Shown here piece after piece: positions 1-11,839 of a DNA stretch of 64,000 nucleotides (positions are counted from its first letter, which is position 1; each line of letters begins with the position of its first letter). Source of the stretch: Eledone cirrhosa (taxonomy: Eukaryota); NCBI GenBank assembly GCA_964016885.1, contig OZ024753.1, positions 23,870,001-23,934,000 of the forward strand. Direction: 5' to 3'. The notes below the pieces were generated by a model, which saw only the letters and a list, made by a program, of their open reading frames with translations, did no database searches and had not been told where the DNA came from. Both the position numbers and the translations under genes were made by a program.

Positions 1-3000
1 CATTACCGTTGAGGGTAGGCGGCCCTCGTGTTACCTCTGCGGAACCAGAGGTCACCTGAGGGCTGTCTGTCCCCAACTTAATAAGAAAACCCCAATCCTG
101 CCTACACCACCAACAACTGCACAACCAACACAATCACCACAACTACCACTACAAAAACAACCACCACAGCTCAAACCAAAACAAAACAATGTTCACCCCA
201 TCCCCCCCACTCAAAAAACAAAAACAATTTCCAAAACACACGCACCACAAACACAACCCGAAAATATACCCCTCCCCTCCAACGCGGAAGATGACCCTAG
301 TTCGTCGTCAGACGAGGAGGAGCACTTCCACACAATCAAAAGAAAAAAAAGAAAACACACCTCAGACACACAAATGAAAACAACCCCTCTCCAAAACATA
401 ACACTGACACCAACACAAAAGAGCTCACAACAACAGCAAACAAAAAACACCACACAAAAACAAAAACATGCATACACATACATAAACACAAGAAACAAAA
501 AACTGTTAAACATTGTGTACAACAACAATCTAATAAAAACACAAGGGCCTAACTTCACCCAGGCAGGGGATTTCCCCCACCTCAAAATGATTAAGGCCCC
601 ACAGTACACCTATAAAACTTTAAAAGACAACTTTAAAGAGGACGTGGGTCCTCCCTGCGTCGGGCCCATTAACCGCGTCCTCCTAAAAAACTACCCCACC
701 CCCTCCCCAAACACCCACACAACTCCAAACTCCCCAACCACACAACACACTGATGCCCCTACACTTCCACAAACCACCACCCCACCGAACAACCCATCCC
801 CACCCTAATGGAAATTGTGCAGCCCGATACATGGCTATGCTAAGAGTAGGCTGTTTAAATGTGCGTGGGCTGGGCTCAACTTGGAAGCAAGCAATGCTTC
901 TAAATGACCTCAGGTCACAACGTATAAATGTGATGGTTATTTGCGAGGCCCGGATCAGCAACGTGCGACAGCTGGCCCCCACCTTTGATGACTTTGAGAT
1001 GCACGCATCTCTCTGTCAGCCCGGAGGTGGGGGTGGGGTTGTCGTTCTGCTGCAAAAACATCTGGGTCTCGCAACACAGATGGTACATTTGGACCCGGAG
1101 GGTCGACTAGTCGTTCTGGACCATGGCCGGGGTAAAGGCGGAGCGTTTAGGTTGGTAGCCGCCTACGGCCCTTTCGGCTCAATGCGGCCGCACTTCTTCC
1201 ATCGTCTGGAGACTTTTCTAGGTACGTCCCGCCCCTTGCTATTAGTGGGGGACTGGAATGGTATCCTAGATGCACGCTGGGACTACGTAGGGGCCTGTCC
1301 CGATAGAGACGGGTGTAATAGCCTCAAAGGGTTAATCGGTCGATTTGACCTGGCCGATAGATATCGACTAGATTTTCCGACTGCGCCAACCTGGACTTAG
1401 GCAAATCGTATGCGGATCATCTAGGTCGTACCTAGATAGGTTCTTAGTTAGAATTAAGGATAAGGACTTTTTAAGTTGTCCAAAAATGCGCATGGTTGGC
1501 TATTCAGACCACAAATTAGTGACCTGCATGGTCAACCTTGACAGAACTCATAGACAGGGACCCGGTTAGTGGAAGCTCAACTTGTCCTTACCGGCAAGTA
1601 AGGCTTACAGGGACCGGATTAGCACGTTAGTTAAGGAGCGGTTGACGGGCGCCATCGTCAACAGCAGGTGGTGGGGATCTCTCAAAAGAGAAATTAGAGT
1701 AGTCTCTATAGTGTTTAGTAAGGAGTTAGCCTCAAATAGAAATAGGAAGGAAAGGGAGTTGGTAGATAGTGTAGAAGAGGCAATTAGAAGCGGCGACGTG
1801 GCCAGAGTGCTAGCGTCGAGAACGGCCCTGGGCCAGTTCTTCGACGCGAAACACAAAGGCTGCATCGTCCGAAGCAAAATACGTGCTCTGGGAAACGAGG
1901 GGACCAAAGCTGTTAGCTGGGCCCGCGTGACAGAAGCCAAAAGAGGGAGCAGATCCACTATCCGGTCTTTGCGAGACCAGGATGGACGGGTGATCCTTGA
2001 ACCTAAGCAGATGTGCGAGGCTTTTCAAAAGCACTTTGCCGGATTGTTCGGAAGGGGCGGGGAGCCGGTTGGGGATGTGGACTTCGGTCCATACCTCGAC
2101 GGCCTGCCGCGTCTCTCGGACAGGGAGGCGAAGTCCTGCGAGGAGCCGATTTCAGCCGCTGAGATAGAGGACGTGCTGAGCCAATGCGGCAAACGCAAAT
2201 CCCCGGGTCTCGATGGTCTTCCATGCGAACTATATCTAGCTATGCCGGATTTGTTCCCCGATCTCCTCGAGGCGGTCTACTGCAATTGGCAACAGAACGG
2301 GAGAATTCCCTGTGCTGTGACCAAGGGCGTAGTCACGCTAGTGAGGAAGGACGAGAACAAGGGGGACGATATAAATAATTTCAGGCCCATAACTCTGCTA
2401 AATACAGAGTTACAGATTTTGGCCAAGGTGCAAGCAAAGAGGTTGGCGCTTGTCGTGGGCAACCTGGTGGGAGATGCGCAGACATGTGCTATCCCGTTCA
2501 GGTCCATCCACGACAACCTCCACCTCATGCATCATAGAGAGGGTTGGGAACGAACCCGGCTTTGGTGGGGCCCTGATCAACTTGGATCAATCTAAGGCAT
2601 TCGATAGGGTTGACCATGGTTACCGGGATGCGGTACTAGCGGCGGCAGGCTTCGGACCCGTTTTCAGGGGCTGGATCAATGCCATGCAGAGCAGCCGCAT
2701 CTCCTCTAGGGTCAAGGTGAACGGCTACCTCTCGGAGCCGTTCGAAATCGCGCGGTCCATCCGACAGGTGTGCCCTCTCTCCTCCCTTCTGTATGTAATG
2801 ACTCTAGAGCCACTGCTGCGGAAGTTGGAGTTGTTGCAGGGCATCCCGTTGGAACCGGGATTGCGGAAAGCGGTGTCAGCCTATGCCGATGACGTAACAG
2901 TAATGGTGTCGACGGCCTCGGAAATCGGGGCGATCGGCACCTTACTGGAGGAGTACGAAAGGTTTACAGGGGCTAAGCTGAACCGGGACAAGTCGATCGG

Positions 3001-4500
3001 TCTGCAACTCGGCACGTGGAGGGGGGCAGATCGATGCTCTCCGATGGCGTCGTCGGGCGCTGGACGGAGGGCCCGGTGAAGTTGCTCGGGGTCTGGTTCG
3101 GACCAGACCTCCAGGTGGAGAAGAACTGGGGTGAGGTAACGAACAGGGTGTTTGCACTGACCCAGAAGTGGGCCGAGTGCAAACTGTCCCTGAAAGGTCG
3201 GGCGGAGGTGGCGAACACTTATATAGCGTCCGTCATCTACTACCGCCTGACCGTTGTGCCTTGCCCAAGGGAAACGCTCGCCAAAATGGAAGAAGCGGGC
3301 TCCTATGCTGAGGAGATCCATCTGCTGTCAACACCCTTCGAAAGGAGGGCTGGGGATGCCGTGGCTAATGATACGTAAACACGCATTAAGGCTACGGCAG
3401 CTTCAGGTATTCCTCTCCGGTCAACCGGTGTGGGCCCCGTTTGTGAGGCGAGCCTTTCCCAGACTCGTCTCACTCACCGAGCTGCAATCCTGGGTCAAGC
3501 AAAGACCGAGAAAACTGGGCGCCTGGCACACCGAGTGTGCCCAGGCGCTCACAGCTCTCTGGCAGACGGACTTGGCTGTCAGTGGAGAATCCACCTCGTC
3601 ATTCTATAGAGGGCTGGTGGTTAGCAGGTGCGACGACGCCCTCGGAGAAGCCCTAGGCATGGAGGAAGACGAACTGGCCAACCTGTTCGGTAGGACATTC
3701 AGCCCGGGACCCATAGATTACTTCCAGAGGTCCCTGGCCTGGCAATGCTACAGAAGGGCTCTGCCCGTTCGAGAAAGGCTCTACAGACACGGGCGCCCGG
3801 GTAGGGACCCCTCAAAAAAGATCTGTCCCAGATGCGTGTGCGACGAGGAAACCGTTGCACACGCATTGGTACACTGCTCGGGCATTGCCGATCTGTGGGG
3901 CTATGTCGAACAACTGCTGTCAAGGGTGGGACCGATCCGGTTGACCACCGAGTCTATTGTAACGATCAAGCCGCCTCCCCTCTTCAAAAACGAAGAAGAG
4001 GCGGTGTTTCTGTGCGTAATAGCCATGGCGAAAGAGGTTGTATGGTGGACGCGTCTGAAAGGACTGAGGTCAGACACCTTTCTCTCTGGCCAACAACTGG
4101 TCCGTTTCTTCCGATATCATTTTGGAAGAAGGATCAGGATGGAGAGAGAGGTGCTACACCCCAGCCGTTTTTATGAAAGATGGGTGAAAGTGGCGAGAAT
4201 GGCCCGTGTGAATGGGCCTTCACTCTACATCAGACTATAGGTGAGGAAGATGAAAGACCAAGGGAGCACCCCTTCTCTGTGCTCCCGAGGAAAAGGGCTG
4301 CACATTTTTTTTCGGGGGTGTGTGCGACCCTCAAGGCGCCTCCTCTCTATTGAGGACTTTGTTATAAATTTTATTTTTTGTTATATTTTATTTTATTTTA
4401 TATATTGTTATTGCCTCCTCCTTATTGAGGACGCCTTGTTTTGTAAACTCCCCCCATTGTACTTGTCCCACGTTTGATGCCCTGGTGGCAAATAAAAGAA
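1..4500 (+). mobile_element. Tx1/L1-clade LINE copy 1 (5' end outside window), degraded
   Basis: ORF1 tail with zinc knuckle CYLCGTRGHLRAVC (frame 2, ~29-70) ending at 808; ORF2 APE-RT-CCHC; AATAAA at 4491-4496 followed by (TA)n. Confidence 0.93.
831..4240 (+). pseudogene. Tx1 ORF2 (APE endonuclease + reverse transcriptase + CCHC), disrupted by stops and frameshifts
   Basis: LNVRGL, GDWN, SPGLDG, NFRPITLLN, LDQSKAFDRV, YADD and CPRC..ETVAHALVHC motifs spread over several frames. Confidence 0.92.
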
Positions 4501-4627
4501 ACATATATATATATATAAATATATATGTGAATATAAAAGAAACATATATATATATATAAATATATATGTGTGTATATATATATATAAATATACATGTGTG
4601 TATATATGTATATGTATATGTATATGT

Positions 4628-4706
4628 ATATTAATATATGTAGAAGTAAACATAGTAAATCCCGTGTCTAAAATTACGAGGGTAGATTACACCTCAATGT
4701 TATTCA

Positions 4707-4744
<38 letters not shown>

Positions 4745-4878
4745 CATTCAACCTGAATCATGTGGGATGTAACATCCCATATGATCCAGGTTGAATGATA
4801 TATAACATTTGTGGTGTGATCTACACTCGTAATTTTAGACACGGGATTTACTATGTTTACTTCTACATATATTAATAT
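4628..4878. mobile_element. ~250-bp fold-back (MITE-like) palindrome
   Basis: Arms ATATTAATATATGTAGAAGTAAACATAGTAAATCCCGTGTCTAAAATTACGAG... and their reverse complement; centre GGGATGT-A-ACATCCC at ~4771; poly-T insertion in the left arm. Confidence 0.8.
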
Positions 4879-5020
4879 TATAATGCTCAGTATTTATACT
4901 TTGAGCTTGTTAATTGCAGGGTATCTATATGAGTTAATAACTATATTGTATTTGTATGTATATGTGTATATGTATATGTATATATATATATATGTATATA
5001 TGTATATATGTGTATACATA

Positions 5021-5097
<77 letters not shown>

Positions 5098-5145
5098 GTG
5101 TGTGTATATGTATATAAATATATATATATATATATGTATATATAT

Positions 5146-5247
5146 GTTGCCAACTCGTTTTCGAGTACGGCCACTACTTTATATCCATGTAGGAGAACCC
5201 CTACCGATGCGCTGAACGAGTGTGACTGTTTAGTCCAGCCAGTGACT
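5146..5247 (-). mobile_element. Extra copy of the RTE-derivative 3' tail
   Basis: Near-identical to 5286-5387. Confidence 0.8.
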
Positions 5248-5284
<37 letters not shown>

Positions 5285-5285
5285 G

Positions 5286-5784
5286 CTGCCAACTCGTTTT
5301 CGAGTACGGCCACTACTTTATATCCATGTAGGAGAACCCTTACCGATGCGCTGAACGAGTGTGACTGTTTAGTCCAGCCAGTGACTTAAAAACTCTGGTA
5401 CAAACACTACACTTGTGACAATTTTTGACACATAGTGCTGGGCCCATGGTATCATGTGATGACAAGTGCAGAGAGATCTCCAGATATAAAGCGGTGCCTG
5501 TGCCGTGAAGCTTTTATAGTGAGCAAAGGCACTGCACAAAGCCAGTCCCACTCTCATAACCAAGATGATATTTACCAAAAAGAACAAGTCAACATCATTG
5601 GATACCATCAGAGTTGCCGGTGTTATATCAGAGTTTTCCTTCTCCTAGAATTCTGCCTTGACAAAGGCTAAGGGGTCATCTCCCCGGTGATTTTGGATGG
5701 CCATTGACTCTTAAGAGCTCCTTTGCCCTTTAACAGGTTTTGTTTTTAGTCCTGCAGGATGTCCAAAGTCACCCTCCTCACCAA

Positions 5785-5785
<1 letters not shown>
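5286..5785 (-). mobile_element. Bipartite non-autonomous RTE derivative (5'-UTR motif joined to 3' zinc-finger tail)
   Basis: Minus strand carries the CTAGGAGAAGGAAAACTCTGA RTE-type 5' motif, then a 3' end homologous to 10860-11195 (C2H2-like [15 protein letters not shown]) and a tail resembling the RTE end at 54275-54312. Confidence 0.7.
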
Positions 5786-5815
<30 letters not shown>

Positions 5816-5940
5816 GTGTGTGTATATGTATATAAATAAATATATTAATAAGAGGAATTCCAACTTTGTCTGATTAATATAATCTTCTATACACAATCAT
5901 ACACACCCGTGTATATTTACCTATCTATATCTATAAATAA

Positions 5941-6075
5941 ATATATATATATATATGAATATATATGTATATGTATATATATATATGTATGCATATATAT
6001 ATATGTATGCATATATATATATGTATGCATATATATGTATGTATATATGTATATATATATATGTATGTATATATG

Positions 6076-6121
<46 letters not shown>

Positions 6122-6262
6122 CATATATACATACATATATATATATATACATATATACATACATATATATGCATACATATATATATATGCATACATATAT
6201 ATATATATATGCATACATATATATATATACATATACATATATATACATATATATATATATAT
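5941..6262. repeat. (TA)n-rich microsatellite
   Basis: Visible TA/TATG/CATA repeats. Confidence 0.95.
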
Positions 6263-6265
6263 TTA

Positions 6266-9200
6266 TTCCTGGGTATGACATTAAACTACATCCAGTGGCA
6301 AGGCTCCAGTTCGGGAGTTCAGGAGATGTGGGGAATATGGAGTTACCCCTTAGTTGTCATGACTCCCAGGTCTGCCCTGGCCCGGGGTGGTAGTACCTGT
6401 TAGGGCTCCATTTATGGGTTAAATAACTACCTTATTCGAGTGGCGCCGGTAAGGTGTTGTCAGCCATTGAAAAGAAATATGGAGAGTCGATCCACAGCAC
6501 TAGGGTTAGAGCCCCTAATTACACTGTCAAGGAGCAGCCTGGTCGTTATGACTCTGCTGGCTTAGAGCCACAGAGAGGGCAAGTGGATGATGGATCAGCT
6601 GTCTCTGAGACAAATATAAAGAATGCAGTTTTGTCCTGCAGAAGAGCCATCAAAATGGGCACTTTGAATGTGAGGACTATTCGAACGCTGGAGAAGAGAG
6701 AGGAATTGGGACATCTGTTCGAGGAGAGGGGTATACAGATACTTGCGATCCAAGAACACAGGATTCTACACGATGAGCCCGTGAGGAGTGTGATGATCGG
6801 GAGGAAGAGCCAGCTCATCACTACATCGGCAGTGAAGAACACAACAAATGCTGCAGTAGGAGGAGTGGGTTTTGTGTTCAGTGCAAAAACCAATCTGTTG
6901 GTGAGGGAAATAATGCCTATCTCCCCGCGAGTGTTGAGGGTGACCTTCAATGGAAACCCAAGACTGACAGTCATCTCAGCCTATAGTCCAACCGAGGGGG
7001 ACAGTGATGTGAATGCGGAAGAGTTCCATGAGGAGGTGTGTAGAGCTGTCAACACCACTCAGGCACACAATATCCTGCTTGTTTTGGGGGACTTCAATGC
7101 ACATCTGAGTAAGGAGGGCAGTGAAGATCCTTGCTGGTACTTCCATAACAACACCAACCGAAATGGAAGACTACTGAGAGACACCCTGCTGGAGGCGAAC
7201 TTGATGGCGCCAACCTAAGGTTTAGGAAGAATCTGGGGAAGATGTGGACCTACATCTCAGATGTGCACCTGTCCAAGTCCCAGATTGATTTCATTCTGGT
7301 GAGGAAAAAGTGGCGGAATAGTGTTCTGAACACGGAACCATACAGCTATTTCAGTACACTTGGTAGTGACCACCGGCTTGTTATGAGTGAGGTCCGCATG
7401 AGCTTAAGAAAGAGCAAGGCTCAGCCCCGGAGAACAATCTATGACTGGGGAGCTTTCAAGGAAGATGATAAGCTACAGAAGAGGTTCACAGTGGAAGTGA
7501 GAAACAGGTTTAGTGCTCTGTGTGGAGAATCAGAGGAGAGAGAGATTGGATGGACTGAGGAGAGTGTGACGAGGAAGTACGGGCACTTCACCAATGCAGT
7601 GGCGGAAGCAAGTGAAACCCTGGTGCCGAGGAAAAAGAACAAAGGGAAGCACGTCAGCTCTGCAAACCCAAAAGTGTGTGCAGCCAGAGAACACCTGAAA
7701 GCTGCCAGGGACCAATTCTATGCTGATCCTACGAAGGAGAGGATGGAGACTGTGGAGGTGATGAGGGAAGAGCTCTGTACCGCTTACACTGAGGTCAGAG
7801 AGGAGGCACTGATAGAGAAGATCAGAAGTGTGGAGAGAGCGGTTGACAGATCTGGATGTAAGGAGAGCTGGATGATCATCAACGAGATCACAGGGAGGAA
7901 GAGAAGGTGTTCGAGTCAGATCCAGGGAACGGGACCCGAGGATAGGAGGAGGAAATGGCTAGACCATTTTAGGACCCTACTAGGAGAGCCACCCTCCACA
8001 GCCCAGAGCACTGGGGAGATCAGGCGGCTGTTTGAGGAACTGGATGTTGAGACAGAGCCCTTCACCAGAGAGGAGCTTCAGAGAGCCAAGAAGTGGATCA
8101 AGGAGGGCAAGGCTTATGGAGAAGATGGAGTGGCATCAGAGGTGATGAAGAGGTGTGATTTTGATGATTTCATCCTGGGGTTCTGTAACGGGGCACTGGA
8201 GAAAGGAGTTGCCCCGAATCAGTGGAGGATCAGTAACATCGTCCCAGTGCCAAAGAAGGGAGATCTCTCTAACACCAACAACTACCGGGGATCTCACTGA
8301 CGTCACTTGTGGCAAAGACCCTCAACAGGATGATTCTTAACAGGATCCAGCCTGAGATGGAGAAGAAGCTCAGGAACAACCAGAACGGCTTCAGAGAGGG
8401 TAGATCAACCACCAGTCACATCCTGATGCTGAGGAGGATATTAGAGGGAGCTAGAGCAAAGTGCCTTCCTGCGGTCATGGTTTTCATTGACTTTAGGAAG
8501 GCCTTTGATTCTGTGGACCGTTACTGCCTGATGAAGATCTTACAGGCTTATGGAATCCCCAAGAGGATAGTGGACCTGATATCACTGCTCTACACCAACA
8601 CCAAAGCCCAAGTCATTACACCTGATGGGATGACAGAGTTTTTTGAGATACTAGCTGGAGTGCTCCAGGGAGATACATTGGCTCCCTACCTTTTTATCAT
8701 CGTAGTGGACTATTGTATGCGCCTTGCACTGGAGAAACACCAGGACTCTGGCTTTACTGTGGCACCGGCTCAGAGCAGGAGAGTTAGGGCGAAAAAGGTA
8801 TCGGATGCTGAATTTGCCGACGACATAGTTTTGGTGACAAATACAGTGAAGGGGGCAGAGGATTTGATGCGGGAGGTTGAGACTGTGTCGATGAGTGTGG
8901 GGCTGAGAATGAATGAGACTAAAACAAAATATCTGGTAGAGAATGTTGAGAAGCCAGAGGGGATCACTAATGTAGGCGGGAAGCCGCTGGAATTGGTTGA
9001 GGACTTCCTGTATTTGGGAGCAAAGATTGGGAATACGGAGGAGGATGTGGTTGACAGGAAGAGAAAGGCCTGGGCGGCGTGCCACAGCTTGAGATCGGTG
9101 TGGAAGTCGGACCTTCGTAGAGACATGAAGGTCCGCCTCTTCATTGCTGTAGTGGAGTCTGTGCTGCTGTATGGGTCTGAGACTTGGACACTGACCAAGA

Positions 9201-9566
9201 AACTCACTCAGATGGTGGATGGGTGCTACACGAGAATGCTGAGGATGGCTCTGAACATTAATCAGTATACACTGAGGATGAAAAACTCAGAGCTGATGGG
9301 AGCATCCCAAAAGTCAGCTCAAAAGTGACACAGAGGAGACTGAGGTTGGACATGCTCACCGACATCCAGAGTTGACATTGCACTCAGTACTCCTCTGGGA
9401 GCCCTTACATAGACACACTAGAAGAGGAAGACCAAGGTTAACGTATGTTGATGCCCTAAGGACAGACACTGGTCTGTTGGAGATGCAGGACATGGCAGCG
9501 ATAATGAGGGACAGAGACCGCTGGAGAGAACTCGTCCATGGATCTCGGGAATTTTACCCGCCTTAG
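6266..9566 (+). mobile_element. RTE-clade LINE, near full length, single ORF broken by about three frameshifts
   Basis: APE (GTLNVRT, QEHR, GDFNA, SDH), RT (NYRG, FIDFRKAFDSV, GVLQGDTLAP, FADD), RTE-typical C-terminus ([21 protein letters not shown]); flanked by (TA)n. Confidence 0.93.
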
Positions 9567-9570
9567 ATAG

Positions 9571-9606
<36 letters not shown>

Positions 9607-10022
9607 GTATATATGTGTATATATATATATGTATATATGTATATATATATGTATATATGTATACATATATATATGTATATATGTATATATGTATATATGT
9701 ATATATATATGTATATATGTATATATATGTGTATAGATATATGTATATGTATAGATATATGTATAGATATATGTATATGTATATGTATATATATATATGT
9801 ATATGTATAGATATATGTATATGTATATATGTATATGTATATATATATATGTATATATGTATATATATATATGCATATATTTATATATATATATATGTAT
9901 ATATGTAGATATATATGTATAGATATATGTATATGTATATATATATGTATATATATATGTATATATGTATATGTATATATGTATATATATATGTATTTAT
10001 GTATATATATATATGTATATAT
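9567..10022. repeat. (TA)n-rich microsatellite
   Basis: Visible. Confidence 0.95.
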
Positions 10023-10037
10023 TTGCATTTTTCTATA

Positions 10038-10602
10038 GAGGGTAAAGTTTCCGAGATCCATGGACGAGTTCTCTCCAGTGGGCTCTGTCCCTCATTATCG
10101 CTGCCATGTCCTGCATTTGCAACAGTTAAGTGATGTCCTTAGGGCATCAACATACGTTAACCTTGGTCTTATTCTTCCAGTCTGTCCATGTAAGTGCTAC
10201 CACAGGAGCACTGAGTGCAATGTCAACTCTGGATGTCGGTGAGCATGTCCAGCTAGCCTCAGTCTACTCTGTGTCACTTTTGAGCTGACTTTTGGGAGGC
10301 TCCCATACAGCTCTGAGTTTTTCATCCTCTGTGTATACTGATTAATGTTCAGAGCCATCCTCAGCATTCTCGAGTAGCACCCACCCACCATCTGAGTGAG
10401 TTTCTTGGTCAATGTCCAAGTCTCAGACACGTACAGCAGCACAGACTCCACTACAGCAATGAGGAGGCGGATTTTCATGTCTTTACGAAGGTCCCACTTC
10501 CACACCGATCTCAAGCTGTGGCACGCCGCCCAGTCTTTGCTCTTCCTCTCAACCACATCATCTTCCGTATTCCCAAACTTTGCTCCCAAATACAGGATGT
10601 CC
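10038..10602 (-). mobile_element. 5'-truncated RTE copy of the same family as 6266-9566, inverted
   Basis: ORF 10197-10589 matches the 9003-9400 translation (GAKFGNTEDDV..WAACHSLRSVWK). Confidence 0.92.
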
Positions 10603-10697
10603 TGTATATGTATATATATATATGAATATGTATATATATGTATATGTATATATATATGTATACATATATGTATGTATATATGTATGTATATATGTAT

Positions 10698-11195
10698 GTT
10701 TTCCTTCTCCTAGAATTCTGCCTTGACAAAGGCTAAGGGGTCATCTCTCCCGGTGATTTTGGATGGCCATCGGCTCTTAATGATTGTATCCAATGCCCTT
10801 TGATGGTATCCAATGTTGACACCTGCAACCCTGATAGTATCCAATGTTGACACCTGCAACCCTGATGGTATCCAATGACGTTGACTTGTTCTTCTTTTTG
10901 GTAAATATCATCTTGGTTAACAGAGTGGGACTGGCTTTGTGCAGAGCCTTTGCTCACTATAAAAGCTTCACAGCACAGGCATTGCTTTATATTTGGTCAT
11001 CTCTCTGCACTTGTCGTCACATGGTACCATGGGCCCAGCACTATGTGTCAATAATTGTCACAAGTATAGTGTTTGTACCAGAGTTTTCAAGTCGCTGGCT
11101 GGACTGAAACGTCACACTCGTTCAGCGCATCGGTAGGGTTTCTCCTACATGGATATAAGGTAGTGGCCGTACTCGAAAACGAGTTGGCAGCCACC
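10698..11195 (+). mobile_element. Bipartite RTE derivative with inverted 5' segment
   Basis: 10698-10780 has the same orientation as 5634-5713, whereas 10860-11195 is the reverse complement of 5286-5620; ~31-bp tandem repeats at the junction. Confidence 0.75.
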
Positions 11196-11252
11196 ATGTA
11201 TGTATATATGGATATGTATATGTATATATATATATGTATGTATATATATATG

Positions 11253-11283
<31 letters not shown>

Positions 11284-11319
11284 GTATATATGTGTATATA
11301 TATATGTATGTATATATAT

Positions 11320-11357
<38 letters not shown>

Positions 11358-11437
11358 GTATATATATATGTATGTATATATGTATATATGAAATTCTTCC
11401 TGTTTTATGTGAAAAAATTGGCTCCAGGGGTATTAAG

Positions 11438-11575
11438 ATTTGTTTGGTTGTTAAATGTCACGTGAATGAGTACTATAATTTCGCGCCAATTCGTGTTGCA
11501 AAAATTCTTGTAGTCAAAACAATTTTGATTGGTTGGTAGAGGTCACGTGAATGTTAAAAATTGATTTTGCGCCAA
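11438..11575. promoter_or_regulatory. Duplicated CCAAT-like / E-box / E2F-like module
   Basis: GTCACGTGA at 11457 and 11542; TTTCGCGCC at 11479 and TTTTGCGCC at 11565; ATTGG at 11528; period ~85 bp. Confidence 0.35.
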
Positions 11576-11839
11576 ATGTAGGATTGTCGAAGACTGTTCC
11601 TTTTCGCCTGATTGAGAAGTCACTGAAAAATAAGCTTAATAAGACAAATATGTGTGTGTGTGTGTGTAGTAAAAAGGTTCATTGTTGCGATAATGGTCAG
11701 TAGGGATGTGATATATATATATATATATATATACAATTTCAGGTTATCAATAATGTAGTGATAATATATCGTTACGTTAGAGATGAACAGCGTACGTGTA
11801 GGTTTGCTCAACGAGTATAAATTATATTCCGGAGAAAAT

